Shown piece by piece: positions 13,901-26,419 of a stretch of 64,000 nucleotides of DNA. The notes beneath the pieces are model-generated. The model did no database searches and was not told where the DNA came from. It saw only the letters and a program-made list of their open reading frames with translations. The position numbers and the translations under genes were made by a program. The stretch comes from Nitrospirales bacterium (GTDB lineage Bacteria; Nitrospirota; Nitrospiria; Nitrospirales; UBA8639), in the NCBI GenBank assembly GCA_965203295.1, contig CBDBCZ010000016.1, positions 416,001-480,000 of the forward strand, given 5' to 3'. The first letter of the stretch is position 1; each line of letters starts with the position of its first letter.

Positions 13901-14447
13901 AACACTGTCAATTGGTAGGCTGGCTATCAAGTTACGGACAAGAAGAAGTCTCACACTGCCAGAATAGCACCTGTGTAACTAGACTAGTGATATGCAGGGC
14001 TTAGTGGGGCGAGCCTTCGCGAAGCATGTAGCGTGCAGTAGAAAATGTGATGACAATGAAGAAAACTGTGCATACATGAATTCTTCACAATCAGTTCCTG
14101 TTTGTCTATTCTGTATGTACACGGTCTCAGTTCCAGGGTATCTGCCAGCAACCACTGTAGTGCACGAAGTACGATCGATGGGTAGCGCCTTCCTTTCTCA
14201 TGACTGTATGCCTTCAAGCTCATTGGGCTTGCTCAGGCTCGCCGCCAAAGATACAGTAACTGAGTTGGACAGCATTTCCTAAAAGGCAAGTACAGACAGT
14301 ATACGTAGACTTCTGACAGTACGATTGGAACACCCAAAATTTAACTGGTAGATGTTTTTGAGTTTACTCAGTTTAATATTGCTACATGTATAACAGCACT
14401 AGCTCAAAACACTTGTGGGTTTCCTTGTCAGTCAGTGCAAAAGGTAT

Positions 14448-15134
<687 letters not shown>

Positions 15135-15756
15135 TATGGAACATGAATATCATCACAATAGGCTGGGGCATGCATGGCTGGGTATGAGGCCATGCTCTAG
15201 CTTATGGTGGAGTCTGGGGCTTGGGTATAAGACTCGTAGCATAGTACTTTCAAAGAAATTGAATAGTGTCAGCAGTGATTACGAGAACTCTCGAGTGGAT
15301 GCTTGCCGTTTTACGCCATTTTATGTCTAGAATTACACATGCACAGACTGACTGCCACCACGTGTTTATCTATTAAAAGCCTACAACTTCGATTGTGCTG
15401 TCTGCTTTTCTGGTCTGCTAGTTCGTGACTGCAGAAGTTACACAAACTGCAGCAATAAAAACAAATAGACTTACTCACGTGGCTGATTATAGTTTCGTGA
15501 TACAAATACGGAAAAGACCCACCCAGTCACTCATCTAAGTATAGTGTTTAAGGTATGAGTGATACTGGAGAGGGCAGGCAATCATTCATCCGTGTGACAC
15601 TAGATAGAAACTGCCTGGTTCACGGAGATCGAAGATTGTTCAGGAGTTTTGCCATCGTTGCCTTATGTCAATAACTGAATTATCTGTCACAGCAACATGC
15701 CCCAATGTCACTCATCCTCCCATCACCTCAATCCCACACCTACCATGTTGAGCAGC

Positions 15757-16330
15757 AATAAACAATTGCAGCTGCTCACAGTGCAGACAACTCTTGTCTC
15801 CCTCACACATATTACAGATTCTACTGGTCACAACTTTCGAGGGAAACACCCTGATTCTTTCCCTACTAACTACAATGAGAAATTTCCTCACTATAAAATG
15901 CTATCTTCGACTAAGAGCAAATTTAATCCATTTGCAAGTGAGATGATGCACGTACATAATCTTAAGCACTTTAAAAACAAGTCACAGCACAATAGACCCT
16001 CTACCATTATGATGTAATGAGGAGTAGGCACTAAATGGAAAATTTGCATGGAAGCATCATGCTTTTGTTTAAATTTTACATGAAGCACATAAACAGGCAC
16101 GTTTTCGTGTATTTTCTCCATTTAGTGCCTCCTATTATCCCATTACATCATAATGGTAAAGGATTAAACTAACATCTCATCACTCCGTGCAACAAATACA
16201 GCATGATTGGAAAACAAACTATAACCAACACGGTGGGAACTAGTTACCCTGGAATCATTTCATGGTTACCATTCCTACATTATTTTTTGGGGATTAATCC
16301 TGCTTCATTTTTTTTGTAATAGACATGTAT
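15757..16330 (+). repeat. ~570-bp direct repeat, paralog at ~17776-18350
   Basis: caattg(c/t)agctgctcacagtgcagaca...acagattctactggtcacaactt... is colinear in both. Confidence 0.85.
16004..16156. mobile_element. 153-bp hairpin MITE flanked by TA (Tc1/mariner-like). Degenerate copy at ~18008-18167.
   Basis: TA|CCATTATGATGTAATG...CATTACATCATAATGG|TA, with inner arms aggcactaaatgga / tccatttagtgcct. Confidence 0.6.
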
Positions 16331-16962
16331 CCTGTATCTACAAGTGCTTTTTGTGGTACACAGAACCTAAAGTGTGTTTATGATTTCATGGAAGTTTTCA
16401 TCGAAGGAGAAACAGTGCAGAATAATTTAGTTAATTACCGTTCATAAAGGACCGTCACGAATTTCATGAAAGACATTGCTACAATACCAAATTACGGCGC
16501 TTTGATGAAGCCATGATTAGGAGGAAACATAGATTTCAGATGTAGAGGCCTACTTGCATTGTGTAGGAAAGACTACAGAATTGCACTGCGGCCAGATGTA
16601 AGTGCTAGTTACACCCCATTGATAGCATCATCTCACTAGGTTACAGCAGCTTTCATAAACCTTGCTACAGCAAACCAGAATCACAACTAGTTAATGGTTT
16701 GATGATTCAAGAAGTGACCACCTCCTTTCAGAAGAGCACAATTAATCACTCACCCACCAATTAGTGCCCTGGGCTTTACTCTATAAGCTGTACATCTCAG
16801 ATGCACATCTCTTGCAGACTCACATTATTAGGGGCTGCTCCAATCTGAGATCCGCTGTGCTTGGTCTCTGCCACTGCACTACTGGAGTGCCTCACGGCTG
16901 CTGCAGCAATCGTGGCTGCACGGCTCACTGGATAGCCAGCTCTGCTGCATGGGAAAATGCTG

Positions 16963-17503
16963 TAGTCTCATACCCAGACCTCCACTCTCATACCCAGACC
17001 TCCACTCCCATACCCAGACCTCCACTCTCATACCCAGACCTCCATTCTCATACCCAGACCTCCACTCTCATACCCAGACCTCCAGTCTCATACCCAGACC
17101 TCCACTCTCATATCCAGACCTCCACTCTCATACCCGGACCTCCACTCTCATACCCGGACATCCACTCTCATACCCAGACCTCCAGTCTCATACCCAGACC
17201 TCCACTCTCATACCCAGACCTCCATTCTCATACCCAGACCTCCACTCTCATACCCAGACCTCCACTCTCATACCCAGACCTCCACTCTCATACCCAGACT
17301 TCCACTCTCATACCCAGACCTCCACTCTTATACCCAGACCTCCACACTCTCATACCCAGACCTCCACTCTCATACCCAGACCTCCACTCTCATACCCAGA
17401 CCTCCACTCTCATACCCAGACCTCCACTCTCATACCCAGACCTCCACTCTCATACCCAGACCTCCACTCTCATACCCAGACCTCCACTCTCATACCCAGA
17501 CCT
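16963..17503. repeat. 20-bp minisatellite (TCCACTCTCATACCCAGACC) x~27
   Basis: Direct tandem copies without spacers. Confidence 0.97.
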
Positions 17504-18540
17504 CTATGCCCTCCCTGCCTAGTCTCATGCCCAGATGGTTGTTTCACCCACTTACATTCCATTTGGGTCGCCAGACCGTTTCAGCAAGGGGGAGGAGTGA
17601 TAGTCTGGGCACGAGACTTCTCCCCCTCAAGGAGAGTCTGGTGCTCTCAATGAACTCGTTTGCCACAAAGAGCATAATTAACGAGCTTTGTCCTGTGACC
17701 CTCCCTCCGTTCAGGTGGGCGTGGCAAGGGGAAAGCCTAGGGTGTCCTTTAGAAAACCGTCCAAGGGTTGAAAAAGCAATTGTAGCTGCTCACAGTGCAG
17801 ACACCTCTTGTCTCCCTCACACATACTACAGATTCTACTGGTCACAACTTTTGAGGGAAAATCCCTGATTCTTTCCCTACTAACTATAATGAGAAATTTC
17901 CTCAGTATAAAATGCTATCTTCAACTCAAGCAAATTTAATCCATTTGCAAGTGAGATGATACACATTAGCACTTTAAAAACACGTCACAGCACAATAGAC
18001 CCTCTACCATCATGATGTAACGGGGGAGGGGTAAAGTAGGCACGAAGTGGAAAATTTACATGGAAGCATCATGCTTTTAAAATTTTACATGAAAGCCAAA
18101 AAACAATTCACGTTTTCGTGTGCTTTCTCCATTCATTGCCTCTTTTTGCCCCATTACATCATAACAGTAAAGAATTAAACTAACATCTCGTCACCCCACG
18201 TAACAAATGCCACATACACAGCATGGTTGGAAAAAACTAACCAAACAAGGTGGGAACGCTAACTACTTAGGAATTTTTTTAACGGTTACCTTCCTACATG
18301 TACATCATTGGACTTGTTTGGGATCCGTCCTGTTTCATTTTTCTGTGATAGACAGTATACTGTATGTGTGTGTGTGTGTGTGTGTTATATGCAGTGTGCG
18401 TGTGTGTATGTGGGTGTTTGTGATAGTGTGCATCGTTACATAGGTTGAAGTAGTAAATGTGAGTGAATTGGCTGGATTGCTTTAATACACCCACACAGTG
18501 AGTAAAACTATTATGGGGATTCATTATGCCTATACCTACA

Positions 18541-18599
<59 letters not shown>

Positions 18600-18611
18600 A
18601 CACACACACAC

Positions 18612-19724
<1,113 letters not shown>

Positions 19725-20339
19725 CTAGACGTCAAGAATGGAAAAAAAGCTAGGGATTGCTACTAATTCTCAGCTAGGTGCTTACTTCAAGTTTTCTAGA
19801 AGACTCTCAGTAGAAACAAAAGTATACACACACAACAATGCTGTGTACAGGCACAGCATATACTAGACATAACAGCAAAACCATTCAAGGGAGAATGTGA
19901 CTGGTGTATGTTATACTATAGCATTAAGCAAACATTAACACAAATGTTGCTTTTGATGTTCATGTGCATATATACATGTGTAAATATTAGGGGGAGGTAT
20001 GCAATGCATAATTATGCACGATCATGCATATGCGCGGACATAAATCTAAGTGAATATAGGAGTAGCTTTTTTGCAAGTACAAAATTTAGCCAGTTTTTAA
20101 AATCGCTACCTAATTTCGTTTCTGTTGTGCAGCAGAAGATGTGGAGGATTGCGATGGCAGGGAGGTGTGTGTTCTTGTTCATGTGACCATATCAATAAAC
20201 TCAGTTAAGCTGCATTCTATTTGCTGCCACTACAGATTGCTGTATGAAAACCACTGTTTTGGCAGTTGCTGCTTGCCCATATATGATGCACATGCATAAA
20301 TATAGATTTGATTGCTTTTGATCAACAACGTAAACAATT

Positions 20340-21615
20340 TACTGATACAGATGATAAAAATATAACTAATGTATTTACAGTGAAATCAATAGAGGTAGGC
20401 AGAGCAAAGAGATATCACAGTAAAAGGAATTTTACATTCATAATCTGAGTTGTGCGAGGGAATTTAATAACGCGGAAAACACATTTGTGATGCATTTCAT
20501 CAGCCTTATCTGCAATACTTTCACAAAACTATCAATCTGTAACCATGCGAAAGTATTACAGATACAGCTGATTAAATGCATCTCTACCGTGTCTCCCACA
20601 TTCTTCATTCTTGCACTCTCACAACTCAGACAACAAGTCTCAAATGCCTTCCTTACTCTGCCTACGTGTATATACTTTCACTGAAAACACATTAGCTATA
20701 AATAAAAAAAAACAGGACTTAGTGGGTTGTTGTTTGAGCTTCAACATGTCACATGCATGGCTACAAATTGATGGTTTTTGCAAAAGTATTACAGATACAG
20801 CTGATTAAATACATCACTAATGTGTTTCACATACTTGAACTCCCTCGCACAACTCAGACATTGTGATATCTCTTTACTTTGCCTACGTCTACATGATTTC
20901 AATGAAAGCACATTAGCTGTAATAAGTGTATCAAAGAAACTTAGTGGGTGGTTGTTTGAGCTTCAACATGTCACATGCATGGCTACAAATTGATGGATTT
21001 TGCAAAAGTATTACAGATACAGCTGATTAAATACATCACTAATGTGTTTCACATACTTGAACTCCCTCGCACAACTCACACATTGTGATATCTCTTTACT
21101 TTGCCTACGTCTACATGATTTCAATGAAAGCACATTAGCTGTCATAAGTGTATCAAAGAAACTTATTTGGTTGTTGTTGTGTACATACTTTCCCTGAAAA
21201 CACATCAGCCATGAATAAAAAAACAGGACTTAGTGGGTTGTTGTTTGAGCTTTAACATGTCACATGCATGGCTACAAACTGATGGATTTTGCAAAAGTAT
21301 TACAGATACAGCTGATTAAATGCATCACTAATGTGTTTCACATACTTGAACTCCCTCGCACAACTCAGACATTGTGATATCTCTTTACTTTGCCTACGTC
21401 TACATGATTTCAATGAAAGCACATTAGCTGTAATAAGTATATCAAAGAAACTTAGTGGGTTGTTGTTTGAGCTTCAACATATCACATGCATGGTCATTTG
21501 TTGTCTGAGTTGTGCAAGGGAGTTCAAGAATGTAGAACACAATAGTGATGTATCAAAAATCATCAATCTGCAACCATGCATGTGACATGTTGAAACTCAA
21601 ACAGCAACCCACTTG
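20340..21615. repeat. ~222-bp tandem repeat (~4 copies) with inverted partial copies at both ends
   Basis: AAAGTATTACAGATACAGCTGATTAAAT at ~20550, 20783, 21004 and 21294. Reverse-complement segments tctgagttgtgc(g/a)aggga at ~20443 and ~21504. Confidence 0.85.
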
Positions 21616-21683
21616 TCAGCTTCTGAAAATCAGATATGAACAAACATATGATGCTCAGAACAACACTGTTAGCAACCACATGG

Positions 21684-21689
21684 TATAAA
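21684..21689 (+). promoter_or_regulatory. Candidate TATA box of the collagen gene
   Basis: TATAAA 70 bp upstream of the ATG at 21754. Confidence 0.45.
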
Positions 21690-21753
21690 TTCCTTTGATA
21701 GAGATCCTTCAGTGCATAAGTTTCGGGGGAGAAAACTTCTCTGGATAAGCAAG

Positions 21754-22671
21754 ATGAAGACTGCGTTCATATTCCTCTCTGTTGGCCTCCTAACTCCTGT
21801 TGTCCTGGCAAACCAAGGTAACTATTGGGAACCTACTAGGAGCTCATAGAAGGCACATTACATATCTCAAACTGTATTCATTTACAACACCCTACCTAAT
21901 TCCTTTACCCTTCAGGTGAAGCACTGCATCGCTCACAAAGAAACACTGAGTTGAGTGATTCACATGATACGTAGCACATGCCCACAAGTTGAACTGCTGA
22001 GGGGTCATGATGGCCGAGATGGACTGCCAGGCAGGGATGGTAAGGACGGAGAGAAAGGAGACATCGGCATTCAGGGTCCACCTGGGCTCCGAGGTCTACC
22101 AGGGGCTCCTCCCCCAAACAGCGGTGGGGTGCTCTACACCCGCTGGGGAAGAACAGCCTGCCCAGGTACACCTGGAACGGAGCTGGTCTACGCTGGAAGA
22201 GTTGGAGGGAGTTGGTATGGCAACACTGGCGGAGGAGCAAACTACCTCTGCATGCCAGATGACCCACAGTACCTGACTTATGAACCTGGAGTGCAGGATG
22301 TTAGTCCCATATTTGGAACAGAGTATCAAGCTTACGGTGGTCAACCACTACGGGCTGTACATGACCATAATGTGCCTTGCGCTGTTTGTTTCTCTTCAAT
22401 GCGAGAAACTGTCCTCATGCTTCCAGCCAAACCCACGTGTCCTCCCTCCTGGACTCTAGAGTACGCTGGCTACCTCATGTCAACCCACCGCAGTAGCAAC
22501 CACCACCGCACAATGTATGAATGTGTGGACAAAGATCCAGACTGCATACCAGGCAGTGCAGGAAACACTGATGGTGCTGTGTTCTACCACACTGAAGCCA
22601 ACTGCAATGGGATGCCATGCCCTCCTTACGACCCTCAGAAAGAACTTACCTGTGCAGTGTGCACCAAGTAG
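21754..22671 (+). CDS. Short-chain collagen C4 (spongin-type)-like. Exons 21754-21817 and 21916-22671, apparent +1 frameshift near 21970.
   Basis: Signal peptide MKTAFIFLSVGLLTPVVLA and ~12 Gly-X-Y triplets. The NC1-like C-terminal domain reads GGVLYTRWGRTACP...GGGANYLCMP...HNVPCAVC...ELTCAVCTK. Confidence 0.9.
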
Positions 22672-23573
22672 CTGACACTCGATCAACAGTGCAGTTGGCA
22701 AATGCTACTACATAGTTGAACCTTACACCATTACATTGTGTGTAACTTTACTATCGTGACCTGATCCTAGTATATAACTTTGCAATTTACACTAATGTGT
22801 TGTTAGGCAGCACTCATTTTGTACAGTGCTTATTACTCTATCATTTTATACGCGAGTGCATATGGATTTAGTGTGTACAATCAGGTCGTGTAACATTACG
22901 CACCATATTCTTTCAAACCAGTTTGTATGACTTTTCTACTTAAAGGGCAACCATCCCACAGATTGAAGGAAATTGTTCTAAAGTATAACCTCTTGTGTGA
23001 CTTGACTTAGAGAATTTGTATGTTCTTTTGAGTAATGTGATTGGTCAGTTGCTGGACTCTAACGCACTGGATCTCTATATGTAGAGTCCATGTCCTCAAG
23101 GATTTAGGGTCAAACCTTGGGGCTGTAGATAAGTTTGCATGCTGTAAACTATTGATTTACAATAATTTACAGCATGCAAACTTATCTTGTTACCATCAAC
23201 CTTAATAGGGTGCATCAAGACTAAGTAGTGAGGGATGGATGATGTCTCAGTTACAACTATTGCAGTTAAGGTTGATGGTAACAGATGAGCATGACTGAAA
23301 ATAAAATGACCCTGGGATGCTTGCACAAGCAGATGCAGTTTTACAGACTTCCTGAGCTGCTGACTGAACTGGAACCGTGGTCGCGTGGTTGCGCTCGAAC
23401 GAGTCCAACGCCGAAAGAAAAAAAACGATCTAGTTCTGAGTTTTCTTGCGCACTTTCAGCGACACACCATTCGAGTAGCAAATCGCTCAGAAAGTCTTCG
23501 AGCTCCATGAAAGTTTTTGTCGTTGGTGTGTGATTTCCCATCCTTAGATACTGTTGCTATTCTCTAAATTACC

Positions 23574-23709
23574 TAGACGACGAGTGCGCAGGCTCTACGC
23601 GATTTAGAATGCCTCAAGCCCCTCAGCAGCGTCCTCGCTATGCTCGGACGCTACAGCCCCGGAGCCCTCGGCATTCTAAATCGCGTAGAGCCCTTGCACT
23701 CGTTGTCTA
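23574..23709. mobile_element. 136-bp palindromic non-autonomous element
   Basis: TAGACGACGAGTGCGCAGGCTCTACGCGATTTAGAATGCC is inverted against GGCATTCTAAATCGCGTAGAGCCCTTGCACTCGTTGTCTA. No clear TSD. Confidence 0.65.
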
Positions 23710-24269
23710 ACTATTATTTAGAGTTAACTATATGTGTTGTGCAAATACAGATACAACTCTTATGTACTTACGTATAAGGTACATGAAACAGTGACTATCT
23801 ATCTCGTACCTAGTGGGAAACAAAGCTGGAATGGCGCTAAGTGCAGTGTGTACAAAATAGGAAGTGAAATTACCAGCTGGGTATGCGTCGGGATTGGTAT
23901 AATCATATGAGTGTAAATCCACAATCAATTCATAGACAAGTAGCACACTATGGAGCAAAATTGAACTTGATATAATAGGAAATAGCCACGACACAATCAT
24001 TATTATCTAGATGCTTGCTCATTCCTAGTTGTGTCCACACTAAGGCCTTTGTATTGCAGTGCATTATGTTCGCAATTAAGACAGCACTATTGCCCATACA
24101 ACTTTTGAGCTGGTTTGTATAACGAACCAATTTTCAACCAAGTTGGTACTTCTGTTTTATTTTAGAAAACCAAACCGCCTCTCTATACTTCTGTCGTTTA
24201 CGAGAAAATGTTTAGTGGGATAGCACCGGAGTGAATCACAATTACACTAACAGTCACATCAGTGGATCT

Positions 24270-25250
24270 ATAATGGAGTATGGTAGTACTCCATATGTAG
24301 GGATGGCATGGGAAAAAAATGGCGGCCCCATATAACGCGCACAAAATCATACGTTCAGAACTCGGCTCTCATTATAGCTATAGGCTTTTATGAGATAGCT
24401 ATACCATGACATTTCGAGAGTTTTCATCAGCAACAAAACTGTTAGCGTTGCTAGAAAGCTTCGGTGAAGTACCATACCGGCAAGTTGACACACTCGAGGG
24501 GAGGTGCGTAATCGTATACTTCTTCTGATTCTTCTTCTTCTCCAACCAGCCTAGCACAATAATGGCTGAAGCAATCACATTGATTCAAGCGCGAACAAGC
24601 TGGATATTCCCTGGGGTATTGCACTCGTAGCATAGCTTTTTCAAAGACATCGAATGGGTTCAGCAGTGTTCACCAGTACTCTCGAGTGGACGCCGTTCCA
24701 CGCCATTTAATGACTACTGTTCAGTTCCTTTCCGGGTTTTAGTAACCGCCCCATTTATGTGATCATCTATTTAACTCCTACCTTTCCTCGTGCCAGCTAG
24801 CTGTTAGTCTGGTGCCAGCTGCATCTCCTGGTCCATCATTGTGTAAGTCGCACGAACGTTTAGCTAGAATGCACTTACTCACATGGCTGATTATATGTTG
24901 GTTTAGGATGAAGTAGTAGGATACCAAAGTGAAGGGGTGTCCAAACGGTGGAGTTGTCTGGACACGTAAGAAATTTACCACGTTCTCTAGGCCATTCTGT
25001 CTGCCTTTGTTACGTATTGTGAGCTACTGTTCACTTGCTATTAATACAGCAGAAAAGCCCTTGAAATGAGGTGTATCGCATTCGGACAACCCCTACAGTC
25101 CGGATGCCCCTCACTTACTCTACTGGAGGGGGCAGGCAGCTATTTGTCTTAGTGACACTAGAAACTGCAATACATATCTTTGTCCTTGGTGACAATTTAC
25201 AGTTCAATATCCTCCATATGTAGGGATGTCCATGAAAAAAATGGTTTGAA
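24270..25250 (+). mobile_element. 'TGTAGGGATG' repeat family, copy 2
   Basis: Same 5' hairpin and colinear body as the 6432 and 26420 copies. Confidence 0.65.
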
Positions 25251-26419
25251 TGCATGGTGGGAGTGAATGAGGTGTATCAGGATGTGGTAGCTAAATAGAT
25301 TGCAACAATTAGGAAAGTAGTGTAGTAAGCCTCCCTTGATCAAACTACATAACAAATTTGTCCAGGTATCTGACTATTTGTCTGCCACAACTTCGAAGAC
25401 ATTACCCAAGAAACAGTCAGAGACGTCATTTTGAGCACGTCCTGTAGAAGAGGTTATTTTAATAGCCTCCCAAAACAACGAATCTGTCTTCTACCAGTGG
25501 CTGTCACCGCCCGCTTACTGCTACTCGTGGTTGGCTTAGAAACAGAACCACTGTGTACATGAGACCTCAATACACCCCGCCCCATGACATCATTGGTATT
25601 AAATTTTATAGAGAATAGTTCTCCAGATGGAGTATGTTTTCATATCTTCTATCAGCACCATTGCTCTCTCACCACAGCTACTAGCACTGCCACCTCGCTC
25701 GCACTCCATGACAGATACTGAACGAAAATTCCAATCCTCAGTTCTGAATCTAGGTTCAAGCCAAGTCACTGGCAAAGCCATTGCTCATGCTCATTTGGCA
25801 GACAGGATGGGGCACTGGCCGAGGGAAGCTGCTGCATTCCGAGGCAAGCGGCTGGAGAAGGCTCTGTCAGAAAGGGTGTCTAGCTAGAGTCTCTGGCAAG
25901 GACAGAAGGCAACAGAGCTGAGCTTTGGCTTCTCCCACTTGTGTGAGCGCTAGAAGGCAGACAGCATATGCGAGCATGTGAGTTTCAGACTCTTTTCAGA
26001 CTCTTTACATGTACACATGTACACATGTAGCTAGCTAGCTAGGTCATAGCCACAGCTTCTGACAAAGACAGAAGGCTACAGCTTGCCTGTGATTGGCCCT
26101 GCTTAAAAGAGCACTACGGTGCATTTGAATGGTGCGAGCCGTGAGTTAGAGATGTAGCTGTGAACATGATGCACGATAACCTCTCCAGCAGGTGAGCGTC
26201 AATTAGAGATGTCTAGGCCTGGCCTAATGTGACTGCAGAATAATCAGTCCATGTAAGCAGGAAGCATATAGTAAGGATAAGTGGCAGTACAAACAATAGG
26301 CAAGTCTTGTACCACATTATAATAAGCACTCTCCCACAGACATCCATGTGTTCCTTGTGATTCAGCTTCTACAGAAGCTTCCAAAATTTAATACACAATC
26401 CTACACTGAAAGATGTTCT

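Larger units (their letters stand above)
7876..14447 (+). repeat. Higher-order duplicated block (paralogs ~36140-41400, ~43050-45560, ~47300-51060)
   Basis: Long colinear similarity, e.g. 8776-11770 vs 37108-40160, 9310-11770 vs 43070-45560, and 13480-14080 vs 49450-50050. Confidence 0.85.

Noticed and set aside
16750..16945. Exon-like minus-strand segment with a GTGAGT donor
   Set aside because: Stops in all three frames and no recognisable protein.
16963..17503. CRISPR array interpretation of this array or of the dispersed module
   Set aside because: No unique spacers, irregular kb-scale spacing for the dispersed module, no cas genes, eukaryotic context.
16764..17653. 234-252 aa ORFs with SYPDLHSHTQTSTLIPRPPL repeats
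   Set aside because: Stop-free 20-bp minisatellite read in shifting frames, with no other coding evidence.
23728..24130. Possible 7TM receptor relic (AIQRP...IIMIVSWLFPII)
   Set aside because: Multiple stops and too little motif to support without a profile search.
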